A DNA stretch of 64,000 nucleotides from Amoebidium appalachense (GCA_963693365.1 CAVNZM010000004.1:206448-270447); one strand, 5' to 3'; shown: positions 31,807 to 43,487, counted from the first letter of the stretch. Numbers and translations are program-made. Notes: a model not told the origin generated them from the sequence alone.

Positions 31807-32180
31807 TTATTCTTCCCGGGCTTCTCGCCGGGAGGGGCCGCTGTGAGGCCCAAACAGCCCGTACAGGATGTCCTCCTCGCACGTCACCAGGATCTCGTGC
31901 TTGTCCATGATCTTCATCGCGTGCTCGATGGTTTCGGCGGGCAGGGGGGCCGTGGACAAACAGGTGCACGCGCATGTCTTTGTCGGGGTGGAAGTGGTGG
32001 TTGGCCAGCACGTTCGCCATGGCGGTCTTCCATCGGCCAGCTGCTCGACCTGGACGATCTGGTCGTTCGTCAGCACGTCGATGCGCCCGACCTTGGTGAG
32101 CGTCCCCTCGACACCTTTCAACCGGTCGGCCAGCTCGTTATGACCATGGCCCGTTCGATCTCATCCTCGGTGTCCGTCAT
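31807..32180 (-). pseudogene. PD-(D/E)XK nuclease-like paralogue with multiple frameshifts
   Basis: VGRIDVLTNDQIVQV, ANVLANHHFHPDKDMRVHLF and VTCEED occur in different frames; homologous to the genes at 34930 and 35698. Confidence 0.75.
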
Positions 32181-32831
32181 CACATACCGCACACATAATA
32201 TTCGCGTGCCGCCCGTAGGCGGGTTACCCATTGACAATCACACATCGCACCGAGCCGACCTTGTAGGGGCGTTCGACCTTGTCAGTGCGTGGGGGGCTGG
32301 GGGTGGCTGGGCGGGCCTGGGGGGGCTGGGGTGCCCGTGTGCGCGGGTGCCTCGCACGCCTCGCATGCCTCGCATGCCTCGCGCGCGCGGTGGTTCCGGT
32401 GGTTCCTTTATTGGTTCCTCGTGTGTCCCCCACAGCCACCCCCAGCCACCCAGGGCCCCCGGGGGGGGGGGAGGGGGGGTGCGATAACATCAATGCCTGG
32501 ATTTCTGATTTCCAAGATTCTAAGCCGTTATACTGTTTTCGACCACCACGGTGTAGAGTCTGTAACCGTGTAGAGGGAAGTTTCAACTCCGTCCCAAAAT
32601 GGAAAATCGCCATAGCAACGCCACCCAGCAACCAATCAGAGCCCTCCAAACCTCCCCTCCCCGCCAATTTATTTCTCTATTTACACCCTCTACAAATAAG
32701 AAAGTATGTTACAAAAGTTACAATGGTTGATTTAGGAAAATTACTGTGTTTTGATTGGTTGGTTTCTCTATCTACATAACGTTACGGTAACGTTACCCCT
32801 CTACAGAGCAAGTTACATAGAACAAATACAG

Positions 32832-34325
32832 TCACACACCCACGAGTGTTCGGTCAAGGGTGTAGCAGCGAGTTATCCCCGAAGCAGATTTGCAGTCCTC
32901 GGCACCATAGGCGATCGCATTCACCCTCGTACTCTTGACCTCCCCCAAAATGGCAGTGACGGCCATTCCAAAGTCTCGTTGTGTGGGTCTTCTGGACTTG
33001 TCGGTTGTGTTTCTCTCCCACCACAACTGGAAAAGATGAAAAAGCGTTGTTGATGTAACACGCGCTCCGTCCTCAAACATCTGCATATCTTCAAACCCGT
33101 TCTCACGTTTCAATAAATCTCGTAGAAACTGCAACTCCAGTGGCCCACTCATATCCTGGAGCTTCCGCTTCAAGGCGGTCATCGGTGGAAGCACCCGGTT
33201 TGGGTCTTTGATGTGGATCCTCATAAGCCAGTGGTACAGGGTTTTCAGTACAGACACACTACTATAGCAATGCACGAGGTTACGAAAGTATACCTCATCA
33301 CCAACACGCCTGTCAGATACCTCCATGCACGCATAGCGTCTGTCTGTCCGGCTTACAGGGAGTGGATGCTGTTCATTGGACATCAGGATCCAGCGCTCAC
33401 ATGACCTGACCTTGACTGCATCGATGCCCTTGGACTCGTAGGTCATGGTGTCGTCGGTAATGAGGGTCTTCAGATGGTTGGGGGTACGATGGCTTTTTCC
33501 ATAGGTTACCTCGTTGCACACTACGAGCAACTTGAACGTGATTCCGACATTGAAGCGAGAAGAAAGGCGATCCTCGGTTTCCACAACACCGACCAGCTCT
33601 TCACCCAGCAGATTCGTGATGATTTTCACAAACACGTTCTTGCCGGTACCCTCAATGCTACGCATCAGCCATGCAGACTCTGGCTTTTGGGCTGGGTACT
33701 GAAACATGTGCCCCAGCCACTCGATGACATAATGGAACAGGATTTCGTCCCCTGCACAAATGACATCCCTTGCATGCTCAAGGAAAGGCTGGAGCACCGA
33801 CTCATCCACAACAAATCCCGGCTCGTATACAAACCGGAATCCCGGAAAGCTGTTGAAGGCGCGGTTGTGGCAGTCGGTGTACATGGGGTTGCGCTGGCCC
33901 GTTTTGGGGTCGGGGTCGCTAGGGTCAAACACGATACCCCTGTAGTACACCAGTATTCCGCGCATGTCGGTAACATAATTGGCTCCCTTGTATTCGGGCT
34001 TCTTTCCAACGCCATCCCCTGGCAGTGTGAAGGAGTATTTCGACAACATGTCCACAACCTTCTCCTTTGGCTTGATCTGATGGATGAATCGGCCATCCTC
34101 GAAGTGCTTGACGATGTACACCTGGTCTTTGTTTGAGTATGCGACCAGTGTGCGCAGGAACGTGTAAACTTGGTCCATACTTTCCCATTTGTAGTCTGCC
34201 ACCTCATGCGGAGGCAACCAGTTGTTGTAGTTCCCTGTGAGCCGCTCGAAATCGTCAAATGCCACACGGAGCCTTTCCCTCTTCTCGATACGGTCAATGT
34301 CCATCTTTGAGCGAATGACATCCAT
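32832..34325 (-). CDS. Superfamily-3 helicase (D5/DUF5906-like), no primase domain recognised
   Basis: FNSFPGF, Walker A SIEGTGKN, Walker B LLVVCNE, LKTLIT...ESKG, motif C ILMSN, TDRRY. Confidence 0.9.
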   Translation of the reverse strand: MDVIRSKMDIDRIEKRERLRVAFDDFERLTGNYNNWLPPHEVADYKWESMDQVYTFLRTLVAYSNKDQVYIVKHFEDGRFIHQIKPKEKVVDMLSKYSFTLPGDGVGKKPEYKGANYVTDMRGILVYYRGIVFDPSDPDPKTGQRNPMYTDCHNRAFNSFPGFRFVYEPGFVVDESVLQPFLEHARDVICAGDEILFHYVIEWLGHMFQYPAQKPESAWLMRSIEGTGKNVFVKIITNLLGEELVGVVETEDRLSSRFNVGITFKLLVVCNEVTYGKSHRTPNHLKTLITDDTMTYESKGIDAVKVRSCERWILMSNEQHPLPVSRTDRRYACMEVSDRRVGDEVYFRNLVHCYSSVSVLKTLYHWLMRIHIKDPNRVLPPMTALKRKLQDMSGPLELQFLRDLLKRENGFEDMQMFEDGARVTSTTLFHLFQLWWERNTTDKSRRPTQRDFGMAVTAILGEVKSTRVNAIAYGAEDCKSASGITRCYTLDRTLVGV

Positions 34326-34380
34326 TGTGGTAGTGAAGGGGATAGATAATATTTGACGGTCTGAGGTCTGGCAAGCGCTT

Positions 34381-34836
34381 TTATACCTTCGGGCTGGGCA
34401 CAAGACTGGGGTGTTCAGTCTCGACGTGCCTGTTCAGGGTTGTAGACCAGGCAAATGCAGCCTGGCACTGGTCGAAGGGGCATGTAAAACGCCCGCTTGC
34501 GCGCCGGGGCCGTCTCGGCAGCTGACACCCTTCATGAGCTGTTCGTCGGTGAACCCACAAACCCGCAGGATAGACGTAAGTGGCTGGACAGTCTGGGCAT
34601 TGATAGGGTCGGCTGCCAGAGTGTGTGCGCTGGTGCAGTTTCATGTGGTCGCTGCGGGCAAAGCTTGCAAAGCAGCCGGGTTGTGGACAGGCATATGCGC
34701 CGGTGCTATTATTCTTGTGGGTATTTTCGTGTCTTTTTAGATTTGCCTTGAATGTGAACATTGCTGAACACAGTGTGCAAGCGTGGCGCTTCGGGTTAGG
34801 GGGTGTCTCTATGGTTGGCGTGTATTGGAGGTCCAT
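34381..34836 (-). CDS. C2H2 zinc-finger protein (4 fingers), intronless
   Basis: Four C-x2/4-C-x3-(F/Y)-x5-(L/M)-x2-H-x3/4-H units with an HSGSRPY linker. Confidence 0.92.
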   Translation of the reverse strand: MDLQYTPTIETPPNPKRHACTLCSAMFTFKANLKRHENTHKNNSTGAYACPQPGCFASFARSDHMKLHQRTHSGSRPYQCPDCPATYVYPAGLWVHRRTAHEGCQLPRRPRRASGRFTCPFDQCQAAFAWSTTLNRHVETEHPSLVPSPKV

Positions 34837-34870
34837 TACTGCTAAGTGGCAAGAAAAGAAACATGATAAC

Positions 34871-34881
34871 GCTTTATATAA
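34871..34881. promoter_or_regulatory. Bidirectional TATA element
   Basis: GCTTTATATAA reads TATATAA on both strands, about 40-50 nt from divergent ATGs at 34836 and 34930. Confidence 0.55.
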
Positions 34882-34929
34882 CCCCTGGTCTTCTTCGTCG
34901 GCCACTGATTTTTTCTGTGACCTACAACG

Positions 34930-35345
34930 ATGGCCACCTACAACGAGGCGTTCGTCAGAGACAGATTGGCACGGATCGAGGGGGGAAACGCGAAGTGGTG
35001 ACCCCTGCCGGCCGGATCGACCTGCTCACAGACACGGACATCATCGAGGTCAAGCGCGCACCGCAGTGGAAGGCCGCTATGGGACAGGTGCTGGCGTACA
35101 TGAAGTACTACCCCAGCCACCGACCGCGGGTCCATCTGTTTGACTACGCACCAGCGGATGTGTACAAAACAGCAATCGAAACAATGACATCCTTCAACGT
35201 ACTAGTGACATTGGAACCTGATACGATGCAGCTCGTGTGGGGCAAACGACCAACACCCCCCAGACCACAGCCTGATTCTATTCCAGCGGAGGTACAGTTC
35301 TTGAAGGACATGGCAAACGGATACGGTGTTACAGTACCGCAATAG
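34930..35345 (+). CDS. PD-(D/E)XK nuclease-like protein; frameshift at G6 run 34980-34985
   Basis: MATYNEAFVRDRLARIEGG|KREVVTPAGRIDLLTDTDIIEVK...WKAAMGQVLAY. Confidence 0.8.
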
Positions 35346-35697
35346 TGGAAGGGGAGATGTGGGTACGACTGGAGGGATGTTGGAGCTGATGCGCACCTGG
35401 GCAAGCGAAGGGGGAGGGAAGAACCGGGGGGATAAGAGGTGGGTCAGCCCAGGAGGTTTGGGATCGTGCCTCGGCGTCGGGCAGGTGAAGATAGGGAACC
35501 CCACACGGAAAGAAAATGGCGACCATTTCAACAAAGGCAAGGTCTTGGACTTTGATGCCAAGTTGTCTGGTCAATGATCAATAAAATGACCCCGCCGGGG
35601 GTTGGCATGCGAGGCTTGGGAGGCATGCGAGGCTTGGGTGGCATGCGAGGCTTGGGGGGCACGAGAGGCCCGCGTTTTTTTCTGCGCACTGTATAGG

Positions 35698-36054
35698 ATG
35701 TCTGCGGTAGGCTACGACGAGGCGTTCGTGCGCGAGCGACTGGCCGAGCTCGAGGACGGGGTGTGCGGGGTGCCCACACGGGCCGGCCGGATCGACGTGC
35801 TGACGAGCACGCAGGTCATCGAGGTCCAGCGCGCGTCGCAGTGGAAGACGGCGATCGGAAACGTGCTCGCATACAGCCACTACTACCCCGACCGCCAGCC
35901 GAGGATCCACCTGTTCGACTATGCGCCGGCAGACGTGTACAGGATTGCCGTGCAAACCATCACGTCGCTCAACATCACGCTTACAACCGAAGAGGACACG
36001 TTGCAGCTGATTTGGGGGGACGACGCGGGCAAAGACGTAAAAGACGAAAAATAA
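35698..36054 (+). CDS. PD-(D/E)XK nuclease-like paralogue with EVQ in place of EVK
   Basis: YDEAFVRERLA...AGRIDVLTSTQVIEVQ...WKTAIGNVLAY...IHLFDYAPADVY. Confidence 0.8.
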   Translation: MSAVGYDEAFVRERLAELEDGVCGVPTRAGRIDVLTSTQVIEVQRASQWKTAIGNVLAYSHYYPDRQPRIHLFDYAPADVYRIAVQTITSLNITLTTEEDTLQLIWGDDAGKDVKDEK

Positions 36055-36070
36055 ATAAATAAGCCACGGG

Positions 36071-36218
36071 CAAAAAGGTCAAAGCAGCGCAGAGTTTGCC
36101 AATATCCGGTCAAAGCTAGCGCAAAGTAGTGAACATTCAATAAAGCTAGCGCACACGGTAATAGCGCTCATGACCCTACTCTCAAACAACACAGGTGCAA
36201 GCGCACGCATATCCCCCC

Positions 36219-36268
<50 letters not shown>

Positions 36269-36495
36269 GCGCCCGGTGATAGCGCTGATGACCCATCTCT
36301 CCAACATGCGCAAGCATTAGGCCCCCCCCCCCCCCCCCCCCCCACCCACCCACCCCCCTACACACGCACAAACACAAAGCGCCCGGTGATAGCGCTCATG
36401 CCCCTTCTCTCACACAACACATGTGGAAGCGCCCGGTGATAGCGCTCATGAGCCTACACTCAAACATAACAGGTGCAACCACACGCATTGCCCCC

Positions 36496-36526
<31 letters not shown>

Positions 36527-36869
36527 ACCCCCCCCCACACACGTACAAACACAAAGCGCCCGGTGATAGCGCTCATGCCCCTTCTCTCACACAACACATG
36601 TGGAAGCGCCCGGTGATAGCGCTCATGAGCCTACACTCAAACATAACAGGTGCAACCACACGGATTGCCCCCACCCCCACCCCCCCCCCCCCCCACCCCA
36701 CCCCCCCCCCCCCACCCCCCCCCCCCCCCCCCCCCCCCCCACACACGCACAAACACAAAGCGCCCGGTGATAGCGCTCATGCCTCTTCTCTCACACAACA
36801 CATGTGGAAACGCCCGGTGATAGCGCTCTTGCGCCTACACTCAAACATAACAGGTGCAAGCACACGCAT

Positions 36870-36916
<47 letters not shown>

Positions 36917-37093
36917 ACACACGCACAAACACAAAGCGCCCGGTAATAGCGCTCATGCCCCTTCTCTCAAACAACACATGTGGAAGCGCCCGGTGATAGC
37001 GCTCATGAGCCTACACTCAAACATAACAGGTGCAACCACACGCATTGCCCCCACCCCCCCCCCCCCCCCCCCACCCCCCCCCCCCCCCCACCC

Positions 37094-37147
<54 letters not shown>

Positions 37148-37276
37148 ACACACGCACAAACACAAAGCGCCCGGTGATAGCGCTCATGCCTCTTCTCTCA
37201 CACAACACATGTGGAAGCGCCCGGTGATAGCGCTCTTGCGCCTACACTCAAACATAACAGGTGCAAGCACACGCAT

Positions 37277-37334
<58 letters not shown>

Positions 37335-37765
37335 CCCCACACACGCACAAACACAAAGCGCCCGGTAATAGCGCTCATGCCCCTTCTCTCAAACAACACA
37401 TGTGGAAGCGCCCGGTGATAGCGCTCACAACCCTGCTCTCAAACAACACATGTGGAAGCGCCCAGTGATAGCGCTCATGACCCTACTCTCAAACAACACA
37501 TGTGCAAGCGCACGCATTGGACCCCCCCCCCCCCCCCCCCCCTCACACACACACACACACACACATGCACACGGTGGCTGCGTATCACTGTGCGCTTGCA
37601 CCTGTGTTGTTTGAGAGTAGGGTCATGAGCGCTATCACCGTGCGCTTGCACCTGTGTTGTTGGAGAGTAGGGTCATGAGCGCTATCACCGTGCGCTTGCA
37701 CCTGTGTTGTTGGCGAGTAGGGTCAATGACATGATCGCTATCACCATACCCTTGCTCATGAGCGC
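36071..37765. repeat. Modular satellite with inverted terminal block (foldback-like)
   Basis: Tandem AAGCGCCCGGTGATAGCGCTCATG modules with poly-C; 37588-37720 carries reverse-complement copies of 36157-36206. Confidence 0.85.
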
Positions 37766-37845
37766 CCCCCCCCCCCCCCCCCCCAAACCCTCCTCCCATC
37801 TGCCCGCACAACCCCAACCCCACATTATATCGTGCACCGGGTAAC

Positions 37846-38238
37846 ATGGACGCTGGCGCACCCCTTCCCCCACCCAGCCCATTCGCACCCCCTCCCCCGA
37901 TCCGCACAAGCCCGCGCAGCACCCCCGGGCCCTCCCCCATCCTACTGGCCATCCTGGCCGGCCTGATCCTCTACGTGCTCTGGGACACGTTCAGCCCACG
38001 TGTGCGGCGGCGCCTGGCAGTGCTCAAGTGCCAGCGTGCGTGCCCAATGTGTGCCAGCTGCGGCAGCTGCGTTCCCCGCCGCAAGTGTGCGCACTGCCCC
38101 CGCTGCCACGTGTGCGGTGCCAGCCCCACTCGGTGCGCACAGTGCCCCGCATGCACGCGCTGCCCGCCCGAGCAGAAGTGCCCGGTGTGCCCCACGTGTG
38201 CGCATGCGCCTGCGGTGGTGATCAAGGAGCGCACTTGA
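37846..38238 (+). CDS. Membrane-anchored Cys-rich (CxxC repeat) protein
   Basis: TM segment ILLAILAGLILYVLW then CPxCxxC repeats; intronless with virus-like codon usage. Confidence 0.7.
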   Translation: MDAGAPLPPPSPFAPPPPIRTSPRSTPGPSPILLAILAGLILYVLWDTFSPRVRRRLAVLKCQRACPMCASCGSCVPRRKCAHCPRCHVCGASPTRCAQCPACTRCPPEQKCPVCPTCAHAPAVVIKERT

Positions 38239-38274
38239 AGGCTTGGGTGAGCAGAGATTTTTGTGGCATAGAGT

Positions 38275-38535
38275 ATGGCGTACCGATGGGAGTACAAGCT
38301 GAAGGAGGAGCCCGGCAAGGCACCCGTGGTGCAGGCAACTATTGTGCCGACCGAGGCCACCACCCGGCGGACGCAGATGGAGCAACGAGTATATGCACAA
38401 GAGCTTGCGGAAAAGGGCTATATAGATCTGCCCGATGAGTTGGCGGAGAAGTGTGGATTCAAGAAGTGGGTGCCCAAGAATCAACGACAGACAGCAATTG
38501 TACTGCAGAAGATGATGGAGCCTGAGGATGCATAG
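38275..38535 (+). CDS. Small hypothetical protein
   Basis: 86-aa ATG ORF directly downstream of the Cys-rich gene. Confidence 0.55.
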   Translation: MAYRWEYKLKEEPGKAPVVQATIVPTEATTRRTQMEQRVYAQELAEKGYIDLPDELAEKCGFKKWVPKNQRQTAIVLQKMMEPEDA

Positions 38536-38741
38536 AGACCTACACAAGCCAAAGGATGAATGGACTCACACCACAAACATGGAAAATGTAAATGACGAGA
38601 GAATCTCCACAAACATGGAAAATGTAAATGACGAGAGAATCTGTTGGGGTTTAATTTTGATGAGCTGGAGTCTATCTCCCCCCCCCCCCCCTCCCCCCTC
38701 CCCTACACCGTTCAATGAAAACTTGGTAGCATGTGTATCAT

Positions 38742-38940
38742 TGTGTGTATGTGTGTGTGTGTGTGTGTGTGTTTGTGTGTGTGTGTGCGTGTGTGTATGT
38801 GTGTGTGTGTGTGTGTGTGCGTGTGTGTGTGTGTGTGTATGTGTGTTTGTGTGTGTGTGTGCGTGTGTGTGCGTGTGTGTGTGTGTGTGCGTGTGCGTGT
38901 GTGTGTGTGTGTGCGTGTGCGTGTGTGTGTGCGTGTGTGT

Positions 38941-38979
<39 letters not shown>

Positions 38980-38996
38980 TGTTTGTGTGTGTGTGA
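38742..38996. repeat. (GT)n microsatellite
   Basis: Directly visible; a 36-bp tandem duplication lies at 38571-38642. Confidence 0.95.
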
Positions 38997-39228
38997 CAAT
39001 GTACGTGCCAGTGTGCTCGTACACAGATTGAAAAGGAGACTTGGGGTATATTAAATGGAGTCTCTCCCGCTACCACGGGCAAATACATTCAATAGTCATT
39101 ACGGAAACTTGGTACTGTTACCGGGCAAATACAATATACATGAAAATTTGGATAAGATTGAAGCAGATCACATTCGAATAAACATTACAGAAAACTTGGT
39201 ATGAAAACTTTGTACCACGTCTTTCCTC

Positions 39229-39482
39229 CACCACACCCATCACAAACCCTAAGTAAGATGTGAATGTGGGGCCTACCCGCCGCCACCACCACAACTACGT
39301 TTCCCCCACCGCACCCACCACAAACCCTAAGTAAGATGTGAATGTGGGGCCTACCCGCCGCCACCACCACAACTACGTTTCCCCCACCGCACCCACCACA
39401 AACCCTAAGTAAGATGTGAATGTGGGGCCTACCCGCCGCCACCACCACAACTACGTTTCCCCCACCGCACCCACCACAAACC
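39229..39482. repeat. 78-bp tandem repeat, 3 copies
   Basis: CACAAACCCTAAGTAAGATGTGAATGTGGGG at 39241, 39319 and 39397. Confidence 0.95.
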
Positions 39483-39833
39483 ATGTGTGGTCTACCCACT
39501 CAAAAGCTCCTCCTCGAACTGCTCAAGCTCCTCCTCGAACTGCTCGATGTCAGCCTTGTACTTCTCTCTCAGCTTTTTCCACTGTGCATGGGACACCTGT
39601 GGGTTGATAGTTGGGTGTAAGTAGTAGTCCAGCCAGGTGATTTGTTTATGCAAGGCTCAGACATCACTGTATGCCATTACCTCAAACACACCCACGCACC
39701 CACCAATACACCACCATGGCACACACCCACAGGAAACGAACTCCTACGTGTGGACCAGGTCAAGAAAAACTCTGCAAGGACCCAAAAAACCGTTTTTACG
39801 AACCCCTACATGTAATCGTGAATGCTAGGGCAT

Positions 39834-39897
<64 letters not shown>

Positions 39898-39942
39898 GTG
39901 TTTTTTTGTTTGTTGTTTTTTTTGGTTTGTTTTTTTTTTTTT

Positions 39943-39981
<39 letters not shown>

Positions 39982-39996
39982 GGGGGGGGGGGGTAC

Positions 39997-42759
39997 CTCG
40001 AAAACGAGTTCCCTGTCAGTGTAGCCACACGTGCATGCCGGGGGGGGCTTCTTGCCAGCGACCACAAGCCAGTTGACCGTGGCAAAATTTACCGCCTCGG
40101 CCAAGCTGCTACCAGCAGCATACCCAAAGTGGTATGCTCCAGGCAAGGTGCAGATGACCTCACCGGCGTGCTGAACCGTGCGCTGCACGGGGATGCCCTT
40201 CTTCATCAAATAACGGGGGTGGATGAACACAGACTGCCCCACCCAAATGTTAGTCATATGAAAACCCGGGTGGTCGTTTTTGTAAGTGCTTTTTTGGTTC
40301 TTGTTCTTCACGTCTGTGTCTACCACTTGTTCTTCACGTCTGTGTCTACCACTTGTTCTTTGTGTCTACCACTTGTTCTTCACGTCTGTATCTACCACTC
40401 CCTCTCTCCCTCTTCTTGTTCGTCCTCTGTTACTGTGTGTGTGTAGTCGTTTTTTTTTTATTGTTTTTTTTTTTTTTTTTTTTTTTTTGGTGGGGGGGCC
40501 TACCTTATGCTGTGTGACTTTCTTACAGATACCGGCCCCCGAAAGCTCAAGTCTCTCGTAGATATCCTCGAGGATAGACGTAACCTGTTCCTCGTACTCT
40601 GCACTGATCACGAACCAGATTTTCTTTCCTGGCCCACGGACCATGATGTTGACACTCCCAAGTAGAAGGTCTTCTGTGTGGAGCACAATCGGACCCCCAG
40701 TCGTGACACTGCAAAGAGGCATGGGATTAGTTGGGGCTAAAACAGTAATTACTTCCGACTAGATGTGGCCCCAATACATTCCGAAAAGACCGACCCATAC
40801 ACACACCCAGGATGGTTCTGTGAACATAAGGGGCGTTCTGCAAGCCTGCCTTTTTCCTTTGTTTAATTATTTTTTTTTTTTTGGGGGGGGGGGGGGGCAT
40901 ACTTATAGAGCATCGGTGTTGAGATGCCCACACGATCTTTGAATTCTCTTGATACTATTGAGTCAAGCGTCTCCAAGCTGAACATGTAGTCGATTTCTTT
41001 CTTCACCACCTGTCCCTCCTGTTAGTGCCTTCATGTTCACCATTCAACAACACACAGCATGCCTACATATACCCACCACAGTGCATCAACACAACATACA
41101 CTCTCCGCTGCACACCCACGCACGCACGCATGCCTACACAACATACACCCCACGCACGCACGCATCCCTACACAACATACACTCTCCGCACAAACACACG
41201 CACGCACGCATCCCTACACAACATCCACTCTCCGCACAAACACACGCCCGCACGCATCCCTACACACACGCACACATGCCTACGCAACATACACTCTCCG
41301 CACAAACACACGCACGCACGCATCCCTACACAACATACACTCTCCGCACAAACACACGCCCGCACACATCCCTACACACACGCACACATGCCTACGCAAC
41401 ATACACTCTCCACACAAACACACGCACGCACGCATGCACAACATACACTCTCTGCACAAACACACGCACGCACACATGCACAACATACACTCTCCGCACA
41501 AACACACGCACGCACGCATGCACAACATACACTCTCTGCACAAACACACGCACGCACGCATGCACAACATACACTCTCCGCACAAACACACGCACGCACG
41601 CATGCACAACATACACTCTCTGCACAAACACACGCACGCACGCATGCACAACATACACTCTCTGCACAAACACACGCACGCACACATGCACAACATACAC
41701 TCTCCGCACAAACACACGCACGCACGCATGCACAACATACACTCTCTGCACAAACACACGCACGCACGCATGCACAACATACACTCTCTGCACAAACACA
41801 CGCACGCACATCGCCGCACACATACGTACCTCACTGGGTGTATGGGTGTTTTTAAGAGGCTTCAGATCTGTTCCGTAAAGGAACATTGATTTTTCACCAT
41901 CCGATAGGGAGTCCAACAACCTCCAAAACTCCTCCTCCCCCACCGGATCCCCCTGCCCAATCGTGTTAGCCCCTGTTCATGGTAACCACATCCTAGTGGT
42001 TGCAAATACGCACCTCTGGAATTTGCCCTATGATGTCCTCCCTATAAACGAGGAAGACATCCCTGATGGTGGTAGCCTCCACCCAAATCCGGGTGTAGGA
42101 TTTTCTCACTCGTGTGGCCTGAGCAGCCTTTTTCAGCCCCTGCACTACCGGCTCGGGAGGCACGAACTTGACGGCACCAGCTGCCCGAAACTCGTGTTCT
42201 TTTTCGATTGACAAAACTATCTTCTCCAAGGAGAGCTTTTCTAGATGCATTTGGCGGAGATGTGCTACGGGTACCTCGTTGAACCCCGCCACCTCCCCAG
42301 TCTCAGTGTCTTGTTGTTGCCCCCTGTCCACCTCTCCCGCTTCTTGCTCTGTGTGTGCGTGTGTGTGTGTGCGTGTGCGTGTGGGGGGGGGGGGGGGGGG
42401 GGGGGTTAGCCGAGTGCATACATGCGTGCAGGTGCCTTTCCGTGGTGTGTGTGTGTGTGTGTGTGTGTCATGCATGCGTGCAGGTGCCTTCCCGTGGTGT
42501 GTGTGTGTGTGTGTGTGTGTCATGCATGCGTGCAGGTGCCTTTCCGTGGTGTGTGTGTGTGTGTGTGTGTGTCATGCATGCGAGCAGGTGCCTTCCCGTG
42601 GTGTGTGTGTGTGTGTGTGTGTGTCATGCATGCGTGCAGGTGCCTTTCCGTGGTGTGTGTGTGTGTGTGTGTGTGTCATGCATGCGTGCAGGTGCCTTCC
42701 CGTGGTGTGTGTGTGTGTGTGTGTGTGTGTGTCATGCATGCGTGCAGGTGCCTTCCCGT

Positions 42760-42795
<36 letters not shown>

Positions 42796-42977
42796 ATGCA
42801 TGCGTGCAGGTGCCTTTCCGTGGTGTGTGTGTGTGTGTGTGTGTGTCATGCATGCGTGCAGGTGCCTTCCCGTGGTGTGTGTGTGTGTGTGTGTGTGTGT
42901 CATGCATGCGTGCAGGTGCCTTCCCGTGGTGTGTGTGTGTGTGTGTGTGTCATGCATGCGTGCAGGTGCCTTCCCGT

Positions 42978-43014
<37 letters not shown>

Positions 43015-43238
43015 GGGGGGAGGGGGAGGGGGGGGGGGGGGGTTTAGCCGAGTGCATACATGCGTGCAGGTGCCTTTCCGTGGTGTGTGTGTGTGTGTGT
43101 GTGTGCGTCATGCATGCGTGCAGGTGCCTTCCCGTGGTGGTGTGTGTGTGTGTGTGTGTCATGCATGCGTGCAGGTGCCTTCCCGTGGTGTGTGTGTGTG
43201 TGTGTGTGTGTCATGCATGCGTGCAGGTGCCTTCCCGT

Positions 43239-43289
<51 letters not shown>

Positions 43290-43362
43290 GAGGGGAGCCA
43301 GAGGGGGGGGGGGGGGGGCCCGGTTAGCCGAGTGCATACATGCGTGCAGGTGCCTTTCCGTG

Positions 43363-43416
<54 letters not shown>

Positions 43417-43487
43417 GAGGGGAGCCAGGAGGGGGGGGGGGGGGGGGGGTTAGCCGAGTGCATACATGCGTGCAGGTGCCTTTCCGT

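Larger units (their letters stand above)
29400..32390. repeat. Dispersed intergenic repeat family of GGGGGCTGGGG runs plus TGCCTCGC(G/A) arrays
   Basis: Copies at about 29400-29570, 29990-30070, 31360-31500, 31585-31765 and 32290-32390; inverted copy at 35605-35660. Confidence 0.75.

Noticed and set aside
36071-36150. Start of the satellite as the right end of the viral element
   Set aside because: Intronless virus-like genes resume at 37846-38535 and 52586-53068
36168-37614. Pro-rich and Gly-rich ORFs in the satellite
   Set aside because: Translations of poly-C and repeat modules, open in several frames, with no coding signal
41993-41995. Apparent premature stop in the JmjC gene
   Set aside because: It lies within a 61-nt GTGCGT...CTAAC...CAG intron (42013-41953) whose removal keeps the frame
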